Part shown: positions 12,936 through 25,988 of the stretch, one piece after another
Position numbering within the stretch: the first letter of the stretch is position 1
How the letters are laid out: every line of letters begins with the position of its first letter
Origin: Octopus sinensis
Lineage: Eukaryota
Direction of reading: 5' to 3'
Assembly: GCF_006345805.1 (NCBI RefSeq)
Contig: NC_042999.1
Coordinates: 164,548,001-164,612,000, forward strand
DNA: 64,000 nt
Translations under genes and position numbers: made by a program
Notes under the pieces: model-generated
The model's database searches: none
Told to the model about the DNA's origin: nothing
What the model saw: the letters and a program-made list of their open reading frames with translations, nothing else

Positions 12936-13690
12936 TTGCAGACCTCAAACCCTGCAGTGGTCTGGCATCCCATTCAGGGTACGTTGTGATCTTCATCACT
13001 TATATGCCATGGAAACCAGACAACCAGCCTTATGAATCCTAGGGCTCAAAAAATAATCTTTTTAAAAATGTGTGAGTGAAAGAGAGAGAATGAGGAGTAG
13101 GAGAAATTGATGAAGAGGGAGAAAAAAAAGAGGATGTGTGAAAACAAAGAGAGGGTGGGGGAAGAAAAAAGATTGAGAGATCAGAGTTAGGAAAGATATA
13201 AAAGGAGGAGGTAGATACTAAGACTTTTTCCCTGCCTCTCAAAGCTATATCACTTCTTCATTCTAGATATGTCACATCCACTTCTTTACTCGTGTTTTTT
13301 GGACAACACCTTTCAAAATAGTTTTGTCATTTCACTTATATCATTCATTTATATCACATGTTCAAACCAGCACAGCTGTCTTACTTCCACTCATTGGACA
13401 GAAGACATTCTGCTGTTTTAATCAATTCTGGTTCATATCCAATAAATCAATGGAGAACTGCAGATTCTATGAGAACTGTCGTTCCTTCAAAAATTTAATT
13501 AGTCACACACATCATCAATCATTAATTTTAAAGTTGATATTTTTGAAGTAAGATGAGTCTAGGGTACAGTACAATGCACTGCCACGTGATGCTGGGTTAT
13601 CTCTTCTCGTAAGCCCAACGGTCTGAGATCTGAACTTACCACTTCAGTCTATGTCTTTCATGATCCTCCTCTCTCATGAATCCTTTATAT

Positions 13691-14016
13691 CAGTGCTTCT
13701 TAACCGGGGTCCATATAAGATTTTTGGGGGTCCATGCAGCAAAATAGTAAATTAGGGATCCACTATAGTATTTTAAGAACTCCTGAAAAAATTTTGCTTT
13801 CGATGTATTACAAGAGACAGTTACGTTTCTTTCTCTGATATTTTACAAAGTTCAACATACATAAGTTAAATTTATGTAAAAGAAAATAGGAATTTTGAAA
13901 GCAGGTTCTATAAACATAGTCTTTAAACATCAAATAGCTTGGGTGGGGGTCGGGGCACACTAGAATAGAATTGTAATCAAAGGAGTCCATAGATAAAAAA
14001 TGGTTGAAAACCCCTA
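13691..14016. mobile_element. hAT MITE, 326 bp
   Basis: Ends cagtgcttcttaacc / ggttgaaaacccct. Identical 8-bp flanks ctttatat at 13683-13690 and 14017-14024. Confidence 0.85.
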
Positions 14017-14521
14017 CTTTATATCAACAGTTCCCATTTTTTTCTGCTCCAAGAACCAGTTTCATACAAGATAATTTTTCTATGAACTGGCTGATCATGT
14101 ACATAAAACACAGTAAAGTGCTTGGTATATAATTTAATTATTACATGTACACACACACACACATATATATGTATGTGTGTGTGCGTGTGTATATAAATAT
14201 ATATATATATATATATATAATGCAAAAAACACTTTGCAGGCTGTGATAGTCAATAAAATAGAAATCAAAATTAAAAATTTATTCTTTCTGTGCGGTCTAA
14301 TACCAGAGAATCCACAGCCTCGTAATGGTCTGTGGCCTGGTGGTTTGAAACCCCTACATGATATGATATTTCTACAAACCACTCTGTCCATTCATACCAC
14401 ATACAGATAACATGGCAGTTACCTCTCATTCATACGTTAATTGATGCTTAAAATGACAAACTGCTTTCACAGGTTACTTGAAATCAACCTGTAATGTAGC
14501 CTAATAGTTCTCTTACACATC

Positions 14522-14563
<42 letters not shown>

Positions 14564-16199
14564 CAGATAGGATGTAAAAACAGAAGAGTACTCAATATAT
14601 AGTGTGGAGTTTATCTATTCATATGAAGTCACTGAAAACTCTATCTCCTCTCTATCACATGATTGGAGTCAATTATGGAGTCAGCCAGGAAATTTCTGCT
14701 GAAAACCTGAACATTTTAATGAAGATTGTTCCCTGTATTTGCCTGATCTATCTCTCTGTGATTTCATGATGTATTCCAAAATGAAGTTGTAGTTGAAAGG
14801 TGACAGGAACTTCGAGATAGTAGATGAATGACAAACAGAATCCATTAGACAGGGCTTTGACAGTATATACATTCTTAAGGAGACTATTTGGAAGGCAGTG
14901 ATACCAGAATATAAATCATAAATAAAATCTATTATTTATATATGGAGTACAGGTATCCTTATAGTATAAGTACTATGTTTGCCTATTATTTAGCCCATGC
15001 CTTTCCTTGTTTCACAAATAATTTTTTAGCCTTTTAACAAAAGTAGGATAGGCTATTTCTACAAATGTTCAAATTAGCAGGATATCACACTTCAATTTGA
15101 TGCTAGCAATGAGAATTATTCTTAAGACTAATTATCAGTGACAACACTGAGTTGAAGTAGGATATTTCACGAAGGTGGAAATTAGTAGACATAGTCTATC
15201 CTACTAACACTAGATGGTTGAAACATTATCTGCGAAAGAAGTGAGACACTTGTGAAAATTGAAGAGGACAGCTGAATGGTAGACAAACAGGTATTAGAAC
15301 TCAATTTCAGAAACTTCAATTGCAGGTCACTCAAAATTTGTACCAACTGACTTCAGCACTGAGTGGAGAAAAGTGGATTAGCTCACTACTGTGAATGAAT
15401 CTACAACTGAGAGAAGCAAGTGAGTGATAAGAGCAGAGTACAAACTGCTAATAATAGGACATTCCACCCAGACACCACATGTCAGCAGCCAACCAATCAA
15501 GCAACAAAGCAAACAAAGCAAACATGCATGCAAAATTTTGCAGTATGACTATGCATGCTCTAGTAAATAAAGCCAGGAGTCTGAATGGAAGACCAAGTTG
15601 ATTACATGCAAATACAATGGTGTCACTGCTCCAAATATACTGAGATGTGTTTTTGACACCTGATAATATGACCATTACAACCTGATATGCATTCATAAGG
15701 GTTCCACATCCCCAAATACAGTGAAGCTGAAAGACAAATGCATGAGCCAATCATCAAACACTACATCAAACTGACCAATCATCAAACACTACATCCTACA
15801 TAACCAAAGCAAGGAAATTTACACTACTCACTGCAGAGAAATATGATATAATAACCCAGCAACCAATATTTTAAACAAAAGAATGAAAGTAATATCCAAA
15901 TGCCATCACACAAACATTACTAGACAAAATATAATAATTCAATTAAACCCAATTAAATGCAAAACTTGCAGCAGCATCTGTAGACCTAATAGAAGTTTAC
16001 AATACAAGCTCTTTCATCTCACAGAGCACCAACAATGATTCCATTACCAATCTTTCTTCATTGAAACACCATCCAAAACCACAGAGCTAGTATAACATCT
16101 GAAGTCATTTTTGATTTGTGTTCACCAAAAGACATCTTGAACATACTGAGAGTTATGTCCCTCACACGTAATTCTCTGATTATAAGGATGGTGTTACTG

Positions 16200-16620
16200 C
16201 ATCATGCAGAGATATCCTAGAAAGGAAAGGTCATTTAACTAATCTGGCAATGTCTGACATGCAGAGGAAAGAGATGTGCTGTCTCTCCTCTGTTTTTTGC
16301 TTTCGTACTATGACCTATGCTCATTGAAACTGGCTGATCTTGAGCCATTTTACTCAAATACTTATGACTCAGTTGTCTCTCTCTCATTTTTGTCACCTAT
16401 ATCACACCCCTCAAAACACACATACACATGCGCACGCACACGCACACAAACACAGTAAGTTCCATACCAACCACTATTCCCAGTTCTTCTTCTCCAGAGT
16501 GTTTGCTTTCTGAAATTCACCCTTTGCACACATTTTCTCTGCAGTTATCAACTTGCAATCATTCAAGAGGAATGTTAACTACACTGATGTGACCACTTGC
16601 ATTGGCCTTTCTTTTTTCAG
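16200..16620 (+). mobile_element. CR1/L2-group LINE 3' fragment
   Basis: VLSLLCF..YDLCSLKLADL and FFSRVFAF*NS..INLQSFKRNVN match the C-terminal motif family also seen at 12240-12545 and 47240-47590. Confidence 0.55.
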
Positions 16621-16956
16621 ATCAAGTCAATAAGAAAATATAAACGCACAGACAAAAACAACAATATCTTAATGTGCAAAAATAGTGGCAAAGCAAACTA
16701 AACATCATCCTTAGGTAATAATATTCAGAGGTAATATTTTTCAGCAATATGTAACCATTATGATCTATCAATGCAAATGTCTTCTAATCCTTAAGGAACT
16801 CATGGAGCTAGCTTCATGGTAAGAATCAGATGAAAGATACATCTTCCCTAGAATAGGTTATTAACATATTTCTCTCAGGTAACATTCCAAGATATTCTGG
16901 TACCTATTCTCAGCAGCTGGATGGACTTAGACAATGTAATATAAATGGTCTAAGAG

Positions 16957-17446
16957 CATTGGTTCTCAACTGAGGTTCATATGACCATTGGGGGCCCATG
17001 TAAGATATTGTTAAAACGTGTGTGTAATAAATTGGTTATATTTCCACAATACACTAATAGATGCCAATGAAGTAAAAATCTCAATCTTCCACACATCCAG
17101 GCTTGTCCTTTCAGGTGTCAGTGCCACTTAAAAAGCACCAAGACTAGTGGCACATAAAAAGAACCTAGCATACTCTGTTAAGTGGTTGGCATTGGGAAAG
17201 GCATCCAACCATAGAAACCATGCCTCAACAGACAACCCATGCCAGCATGGAAAGCAGACATTAAATGACAATGATGATAATGATGATGACACCACATATT
17301 TTGACAACTTTTATTATACATTTCCTAAAAATATTTAACTATAAAAATATAATGGGATTCTTTAAACATCAAATGGCTATGAGGGTCCAGTAGAGTAAAA
17401 TAGGAATCAAAAGGGTCCATTGGTAAAAAATGGTTGGGAAGCCCCG
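16957..17446. mobile_element. hAT MITE (related to 13691-14016) carrying a nested family-A SINE at ~17060-17290
   Basis: Ends cattggttctcaac / ggttgggaagccccg, with gtctaag at both flanks. The 3' part (tctttaaacatcaaat..gtccat..taaaaaatggttg) is shared with 13691-14016. The insert ends in (GAT)n. Confidence 0.75.
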
Positions 17447-17699
17447 GTCTAAGGGTTTAGCCCAGATTCACACAATAAAAAGCCAACAGCAAATTTGATT
17501 TCCTCATCTCCAAAAGCAGGTGAAATTCTATCTTATCCATTGAGTTCTCTCATCTGTACATTGGGTTCTATCTGAATAATAGTTTATTACAGCATTATGT
17601 GCTATTTCCTGTGAGCATGTTGTGAGGGTATGTGTGCATGTATGTGCAGTAGTACATTATGCAGCTTTGCAGAAATATTGATCTTTTTTCAATTCCTCA

Positions 17700-17955
17700 G
17701 CCCCTCTCCTCCCTCTATCACCCTTGCTACACTACTACTACTGCCACCACCACCTTGACAACTGCAAGCATTACTTCAACCAAAGCCATTATAATCGCTG
17801 CCACAACCATTACCACCACTTATCACAATGACTGTTACAGCCATCACCACAGCCATCACTACACCATCACAATACCATCATCCCCCTCAACATCACCCCA
17901 GTAACCACCACTGCCACCACCACCACCACCACCACCACCACCACCGCCACCACTT
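17700..17955. repeat. (CAC/CAT/ACT)-rich low-complexity tract
   Basis: Read directly; it explains the Thr/His-rich ORF at 17659-17904. Confidence 0.8.
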
Positions 17956-18172
17956 GCCTTTCCCAACGGACCAATGAATTATTTCTATTAATAAAGGGGA
18001 GTTAGCTGAGCCTAAGTCCTGAGGGTACATCTTAATTGAAAGCTAATATGTCTTGCTTTTCTCTGCTACACAGTATACTGTAGCTACTGCTACTATCCCC
18101 TATTTAAGTACATAATAGGCAGGTTACACATGAATACAGAACAGCCTGGAATTATATTTAGAAAAGAAAACA

Positions 18173-18263
18173 AAAACAAAAACAAACAGAAAAAAAATCT
18201 AGAAATTAAAGAAAAGAAAAACAAAAACAAACAGAAAAAAAATCTAGAAATTAAAGAAAAGAA
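18173..18263. repeat. 45-bp A-rich direct tandem duplication
   Basis: aaacaaaaacaaacagaaaaaaaatctagaaattaaagaaaagaa occurs twice head to tail. Confidence 0.85.
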
Positions 18264-19174
18264 TAACAAAGATATAAATATTGAAATTTGAGAAAAATAA
18301 CAATTTCTAGAAAAAGAAAGGAGAAAGATGAATGTGTGCATTATATTTTAGAATTGTCATAGTTCAAGATGGTATTTAATGAAGATCAATGTAAAAAGGC
18401 TAATAAGAAAGAAGAACAATATTAATTAATGTTAGTAGCAGTGATAGTTGTGGTGTTAGTTATGGTTTAGGGAGTGAAGAGAAGGAAGTGGTGAACAATG
18501 TATAGCAGGAGTTTAGTTCCTGGCAAACTGAGGCCATGATGTCATTTCAGTCCATGGTTTTAACGATTTTTAATTCACTCATGCCATTAATAGATGTTTG
18601 AAAAAAGGCATAAATGTCACAACGCACCCTTTCCCCAATCACTTAAAGCGTAGGGCTAGGAGTCTTTGAAGAAGTTAGTGAATGTCAAATCAAAATGTAA
18701 CTCGTAATTAAGAGAGCGATGAGGCTGGTGGAGTCAAAGACCAGCTGCAGTAAGCATAAACATCTTTGAATATACAGAACCAGCCAATCCTGTGTAACAC
18801 GGAACTGATGTACCTACAGCATGACATAAATGTTTGCCATTTCCTAAAATTGTTCTAAGAGACTGAATTCTTTGACATTTTCTGCAGGTCAAGTTCACAG
18901 AAACTAATTCAAATATATCCAAGGAATAGGCCAAGGCTAAGCCAATAAAAGAGCCTCAATGAGCTAATGATGCAGTCTCTACAGAGTAAGAGCACTAGAA
19001 ATAGCAGCTGAATCCTAATCTAAGGTCTTAAACAAGGAAACAAACATGAAATAAGGTAGTTCTGGATATACTATGTATGAAAAAGAAAAACTAAAAAACA
19101 CTGTTTACTAACTAGTTATCTTTGATCAGAGATTTGCTTGATCAGATATAACTGGAGACTACACAACACAAACT

Positions 19175-19490
19175 ATCATCATCATCATCATTTAGTATCC
19201 AGTTTCCAGGCTGACATGGGAAAGACAGTTTGACTGGAGCTGGTAAACTGGTGAGCTCCACAAGGCTCCAGGCTGTTTTGGCTTGGGTTTTATGACTGGA
19301 TGCCCTTCCTAACACAAATCTGTGTACTGAGTGTTTTTTGTGTGCCACCAGCACAGGTGCTTCCTACACGTCACTGGCACAGGTGCCCTTCATGTGTCAC
19401 TGGCACTGGCACTGGGCATAAAACTATGATTTCACTTAGCTTGAGATGTCTTCTCAAGCACAGCAAATTGCCAAAAGTCTCAGTCACTTC
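19175..19490 (-). mobile_element. SINE/RTE 3' end, family A, diverged
   Basis: (CAT)n tail complement, ggatgcccttcctaac, gtgccaccagcacaggtgc, tcttctcaagcacagc. Confidence 0.7.
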
Positions 19491-20653
19491 TCATCAAAGA
19501 TGAAAAATAATTGGTTGTTGTTGTTGTTGTTGTTTAACCCCAGGTTAGAGTATCAACTGAGTAAGTCTATGATCAAAGACTTTTCAGCTATGACAATCTG
19601 CCATTTTTAAGATTAGTGTATCTAGGACTACATTAACCAAAATCTTTTTCCTAGGCTTGTTGTCTATAAAAGTAGTGGGTCCAGCAAACCACTGGGTTGG
19701 TGGAGCACCACTAAATACTGTGGATTGAATGTAAGACCCATCTTTATTTATTGTATGTTGGGTATTTAGAATCATCCTAATGAAGACAATCACTCTCAAA
19801 GCTTTTTCAAACACACTCCCTCTCCTTACACCCACACATGTGTATGAATGTATATCCATGGTAAGATTTTCTTTCAGCACAAAAAAGCCAACAAAACACT
19901 TGCCTATAAAGAAATGTTCTCCATGCATGTATGTATGTATGTATGTATGTATGTATGTATGTATGTATGTATGTATGAATGAATGCATGTATGCGTGTAT
20001 GTGTGTGTGTATACGTGTGTGTGTGTGTGTGTACAATAGTAAATTTTTACCTCTGCATGATGCCTATTTAAATGTAAATGGACTGAGAAAGTAGAGTTAA
20101 GAGTTACCTGGCACTGATGACAAAATATTAGCATATAGTCCAATAAAGCATACTGCTGAATAAACCAGCTGTCACAGTCACACTGGTTACACACTTGATA
20201 TTATGTTAGATCCATAGTAATTATCTAAATTAGTAGATCAAAAGTTTACATTTGTTACTTAGCATTTCAGGTGACCCACCCACCTTAAGGTTTTTGGAGA
20301 AACTTTTTAAAAACATTAAGAGCCATCTAAACATTCGAAGATACAATGTTTTATCAAGAATAGGAAGGTAAAATCAATATCAATCTTCGCAGGTTGATAT
20401 TGATTTCATTTACTAATGATTGCTTAGTTGAGTGGGTTAGGGTTATCGGATAAGTTAAGGTGACCTGTTGTCTTTAATAATTTTCAAAACTCTTTCTCCG
20501 TTGTTGCTTTCATGTATTGCTTCATTAGCACAAGTCAGCTCTGATCAAGCAGACATACACTAAAAAGCATTCCAGCCATGACCAATGCAAAGCAGGTGGA
20601 GGGTCTACATGGAGGATTCTTTAGTGGCTTTGTGGCATCCATTTTGTCTTTTT

Positions 20654-20856
20654 GGAGGATGTGCTGAAAAGTTCCTGGCTTTGGGTAAAAGAAAATACAG
20701 AAGGATCAATTAAGTATGATTTTATTAAATGTATTCCCCTCTCACATTCACACACTTTTTTGCAGCACTCCATCAATTTCTCTAAACCCTATAAAAGAAC
20801 TCAGAAAGTTGGGCTTTGTGATGCCCTTAAAGCCAAGAACTTTTCAACAACTCCTT
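20654..20856. mobile_element. Mariner-derived MITE (~200 bp)
   Basis: TIRs ggaggatgtgctgaaaagttcctggcttt / aaagccaagaacttttcaacaactcc. Confidence 0.8.
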
Positions 20857-21338
20857 GTATGGTCTGATAATGTATTTCTACAGGTGAGTGTAAAACAATT
20901 GCTGTGAACAAGATCCAGAAGAAACTAGATTGGGATGTAAAAATCAAAATTTAATTATTGTTGTTCTACTCCCTATGGGTACAGATCCAGCAAACCTATG
21001 ATTAAAAGTATATCAATTTAAACATCCAATCCTTAACTTAGGCAAAATGTACACAGTGTATCTAGGAGTACATTATCTGTTGCACATTGTCCTTTTTTAA
21101 GCTGGAGGATTGAAATTTCAAAGAGATTTGGCTGCTGCTTCCAATAGGCTGATTACCACATAGAAACCTCCACAGCTTGGTTTGTATAAAAATCAAGTGA
21201 AAGTTTGCAGTTCTACATTCAAATTTTTCTAGGTTTGGGCCATTTGACTTTTCACAGCTAAGTACAGGTGCACCTGATACAATCCGTTGAGTTGGTTTGT
21301 ATAAAATAATAATGAAATAATGTACAAATATAACTTAC

Positions 21339-21467
21339 TTTTAACAAACAGTTCATTCCTCTTGGATGTAATGTTGAGTTTAATACGACCTCGTCTTTCA
21401 GTGTGGTCGATGCCACACAGTTGTGGAACATTTTTTTGACATTTTTTATGTATGTTCATATCACATG
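21339..21467 (-). CDS. PRKCA: Internal coding exon (129 bp, phase 1-1) of a conventional protein kinase C (PKC alpha/beta/gamma orthologue): end of C1b, linker, start of C2
   Basis: Translates [43 protein letters not shown], matching the cPKC motif [28 protein letters not shown]. Canonical acceptor tttcttttcttttctaccag| and donor |gtaagt. As I recall, exon 5 of human PRKCA has the same 129-bp length and phases (to be verified). The symbol denotes the cPKC family, since invertebrates usually have one orthologue. Confidence 0.95.
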
Positions 21468-22589
21468 CTGGTAGAAAAGAAAAAGAAATCAATATTAATA
21501 ACGTTTATATGACAGAGAAAAGAAGACTGAAGTACAAGCTTAATTTAGACGATTTTGTCAAGAAATAAAATATTTGGAAAGTGTTTTATCTCTTCAAGAA
21601 GATCACTGTATTCTTATTATTACCACACTCTCACTGCTTAAGACTAAGACTTTTAATTCATGTGGGCAATATTCCAAGCAACACCATCACTTAATTTCTT
21701 CCTGTTGGGTCTTCTGAAAAAAAGAAGCTTGGATGGACTATGTTTCTCAGAAAGAAGGATTGATTAAGATCTAGAATAATGTTTTCAGGTGATTAGTTTC
21801 CCTTCAGTTAGTCCTAATATGATAAAATCAATTATAAAATTGCTTATTTTTTCATTTTAGTTAGCACGATAGAGAAATGTGTCTGACACCCAAACCGACA
21901 GATAAATAAATCAGATCACTTCTCTATTATTTCTCAAAGAATTGTAATTTAGTTTGAATTTTGCCTGATCTTAGTGTGCTGCTATAGTGGAAAGTGATTT
22001 ATTTGTTAGAGCCTATTGGTATTGAAGATCATTGTATCCAGTGAAAGTCCCAATTCATTTGTGTATATATTCCACCTTATCCAATATGAAACTCATACCA
22101 GTATCATAAAGCTGATGATCCTTGTAGTCCGTCTTAGTCTCCATCTACTGTAAGACCATGTTTAGATTCATGTCTTTTGATTTTATATTTCATGTAAGGA
22201 GGAAGGACAGTGCCTGTAACTCTTTTTAAGCCCCACCTGCTAAACTAGGCAGAATGCATAAGTAGATTACTAAGGTTATGGTTCAGCTTCTAATTTTCAA
22301 AGATAATATTTGAGGGGTGAAATTTATTTGGAGAAAAAATTCTAAGTGGGGTCCATTTGTGGAAGGAAGAATGTATTGGCAAGAGACCTAGATTAGTCTT
22401 CAAGAGTTATTAATGGAGGAGAAGCACATGAAACAAGTGAGGTAGTATACAATTAATAAATTCAAAACAACAGAGATTTTATACATGGAAAGGACATGGG
22501 TCAGTACTGAGCAAGTGATTCAAGTGTGTAGAAGCATTTAATTCATTGCTTTTCTATTTCATCATCATCATCATCATCATCATCACTGT

Positions 22590-22705
22590 GTAAAAAAAGA
22601 GGCCAAGGAAAACATGGTACAAAGTGGTAAGGATTGAACTAAATAAGTAGAACCTCATGGAAAAGATGACAAAGAACTGTAATGAGTGGTGAAACCATAG
22701 TGTTG
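22590..22705 (+). mobile_element. RTE LINE C-terminal fragment
   Basis: KRPRKTWYKVVRIEL..MTKNCNEW resembles GRPRKTW.EVV..DL in the 35510 and 43255 ORFs. Confidence 0.5.
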
Positions 22706-24265
22706 GAGGGGGCCCACCTACCCATATAAGCATGGCAAAAGACATTAAAATGGTAGTGGTGAAAGCAACTGGAATGATACTGTGTCTATGTCTGGATGTT
22801 TTGCTCACTGTATTTCCCTGTTAAGTCTTCATTTAATGTTTGATCTCTTTCTTACCCTCTTGTCAATTACTTCCTCTCTCTCTCTCTTATTCAGAGTACC
22901 ATCTTCATGTGTAATGGCAAACTTCTTCACCACACAGCCATTCCTATGCATGGGCAATCTCATTTCACTGTTATATGTAATTCCTGTTTTCACACCATAT
23001 TAATTCATTCATCCTTCTCTTCAATCTTTCCCCTTTCAGTAAAATTTTTCCATCTTCCTCTATTTATTCTCATATTTAGGAATCTTTCTGTTTTCTTTTT
23101 ATATGATCTGCTAATATGCAAGATGTTATGGATGCAGTTTTTTATGTTCTAGCCATTCCAAATTTAAATTTAGTAGAAACATGTGAAGTGTGGTGTAACT
23201 ATTAACATATTTCTGGTACATATATAGCAAATTCTCAGATTTTCTCAGACAATTCCTTACAAAATTTAATGTAATCTTTACTCTGTGATTATAAGATGGG
23301 CTAAATAGTTGCTATTCAGAAACATATTTTTCTGATAATTCACACCTCTATATAAGCTGAAAATTTAAAAAAAACCTTAAAAATATAGCATTAATTATGT
23401 ATGTGTTAGTGGTTTAGTGAATAAGAGCATAACTACCCTTAATTTGGTAATAAAGGTTCTGATTTCAAATCTGTGCAGGTGTTATGTGCACACCCAGGAA
23501 TGACATCTGATAATGACCAGAGATACAAAAGATTGAAATACAGTGTATGTAGATGGAGACATAAAAACACCATTTTATCTCTGGGACTCTTAGATCCTAG
23601 AATTTGAACTCCATATCCATGGTTGATCTCACATGCATAAACGTTTTACAGATATCAATGAGCTTTGATGAATATATCCACACATCTTACCAACCTTGTG
23701 TATAAATGTATATATATATATCTATAAACTAATTCTTCTGTGTATATATAACAGATGCCGTGGACTAGTGATATAAATGTATCCACAGATGTAACTAATC
23801 TTGCAAATATAAATGAAACATCTAAAGATGTTATTAACCTCTGGTCTAAACATATCTACAGATGTTGCTGACCAATTATATATACACATAACTGATGCTG
23901 TTGACCTCAAATTTAAACATCAATGAGATAATAAGACAACAAATAAACGAGACAAAATAAAAATAAAAATTTATGTCTAGAAAGACATAAAAAAGGTTTT
24001 AAACGTTTTATTGTCAATCACAAGTGGCTTAAAGTTAGTACAGGGATTATCTCTTGCTTGTGTATACTTCATTCAGTACAGCAAGAATTCTTTGAAGAGA
24101 TTTACTTGCATGAGTTAAGCTCTTCTGTTAATCTGGCTAAAAACTATGTTGGAATATTAAATTCAAGAGTTTTCCCTGATTGCTTTTGATGTGTGTGTGT
24201 GTGTGTATGCATATATATATATATATTTATATGTATGTATGTATATATGTGTGTATGTGTGTTTA

Positions 24266-24296
<31 letters not shown>

Positions 24297-24301
24297 GTAT
24301 A

Positions 24302-24720
24302 TGTGGTAAGTAGTTTACTTACCACTACATGGTTCTGGGTTCAGACCCACTGCGTGGCACCTTGGGCAAGTGACTTCTACTATAGCCCCAGGCCGACCAA
24401 AGCCTTGTAAGTGGATTTGGCAGACGGAAACTGAAAGAAACCCGTTGTATGTATGTATATATATATATATATAAATATGTGTGTGTGTGTGTGAATATGT
24501 ATGCATGTGTATGTTTGTATGTCTGTGTTTGTCCCCACAACATTGCTTGACAACCGATGCTGGTGTGTTTACGTCCCTGTAACTTAGCAGTTCGGCAAAA
24601 GAGACCAATAGAATAAGTACTAGGCTTACAAAGACTAAGTCCTGGGGTCGATTTGCTCAACTAAAAGGCGGTGCTCCAGCATGGCTGCAGTCAAATGACA
24701 GAAACAAGTAAAAGAATAAA
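24302..24720 (+). mobile_element. tRNA-derived SINE family B, near full length
   Basis: tgtggtaag (A-box-like)..gggttcagaccc (B-box-like)..ccttgggcaagtg core, an internal (TA/TG)n tract, and the tail aaacaagtaaaagaata. Confidence 0.9.
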
Positions 24721-24801
24721 AGACTACATACATACATTTGTGTATTTATCAAAAAGTGGATATTAAAAGAGTGCAGATGATGCTGATGTGTAAGTATAAA
24801 C

Positions 24802-24838
<37 letters not shown>

Positions 24839-25786
24839 TGTGTGTGTGTGTGTGTGTGTATGTATATATATATCCAAGAGCAGAATAAAAGAGTGCTTTT
24901 ATACACCGGAAGTCCAAATGTGACGTCTTCTCAAAGTAAATAACACAGTATTGTATCCTAATGTAATATCCATGTTAAGTTGGAGATAAAGATTATCTTC
25001 AGGTATTCATACTGCTTTTGTTACTATTAATTATTTTTTGAAAGTAATTTAGTTTATTTTTTTATTATAACATCATAAATTACGTAATACTTACACATGT
25101 TTCACTAGTGAATAATAGAATGTTGTGTAGTAATTGTTATGTAGGTGGTTGCATAATCACATTGAAATACCAGATCTTCAGAAGAAACTAGTAATTTAAT
25201 CCATTGTTATTTACCAACCTCAGTTAGTTGACAGTGATCTGGCATTGTGTGGTTATCTAAATTATAGTCATCTATATTATGATTACACCTCTATTATAGT
25301 CATCTATACAGCAATTACCAAACAACATACTAGTATTCACTTGTGAAACATGCAAAATATGATGTAATTCATTATGTTATAATATAAACTAAATTTCCTG
25401 ATTTATTCTGCTCTTGGATGTACATTGTAAATTACTCAAATGTATATAATGTCAAAACAACATCAGAGGACAGATTATGTTTAATACTTGACTGAGATTT
25501 GGAGATACATAGATTTACATAGAGTTCTAAGCATTGATTAGCCATTATGCTGCCTCATTCAAAATAAGTTTTAAACACGTGTGTGTGTGCATGCATGTAT
25601 GTGTGAGTGTATGTGTATATGTAAGTATGTATTATGTTGATGGATCTTTATGTCAGTCTCTATAATTTTTTTGACATTCTACATTAAGTGGTTGTTGAAT
25701 TCATGTGGAATTCCATGAACACATACACCCTTAACATAATTTTCAGGCAGAATCAGTCTGACAGTGTATGTGTGTGTATGTATATA

Positions 25787-25917
25787 GGGGGAGAATTCAC
25801 AAAAAAACAAAAGATGAAGACAGGTGGTATAGACAACAAACAGATGTTTTAGTTTAACACTCGGGAAGTGAAAAAGTCTTCAACGTTTCAAGCCTACACT
25901 CTTCCACTGAAAGGGAA
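25787..25917 (-). mobile_element. Short repeat resembling a Penelope-like element pseudo-LTR fragment
   Basis: The minus strand reads ggaagagtgtaggcttgaaacgtt, resembling the gaaga-stem-gaaac motif of Penelope LTRs. A related fragment may lie at ~45820-45880. Assignment by recollection only. Confidence 0.4.
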
Positions 25918-25988
25918 GTCTATATATGTATGTGTGTGTATATATATATATGTATGTGTGTGTGTATATATATATTTATATATATATA

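Noticed and set aside
20860-22550. Apparently repeat-free zone around the exon, suggesting constraint for editing structures
   Set aside because: On closer reading it contains old short repeats (~20960-21010, 21100-21170) and is bounded by a MITE and an RTE fragment, so the depletion is not convincing.
23405-23555. tRNA-like head followed by ctgataa..gaaa hammerhead-like motif
   Set aside because: The core has A at G8, stem II is mismatched and the cleavage position would be G. It is too degenerate to call.
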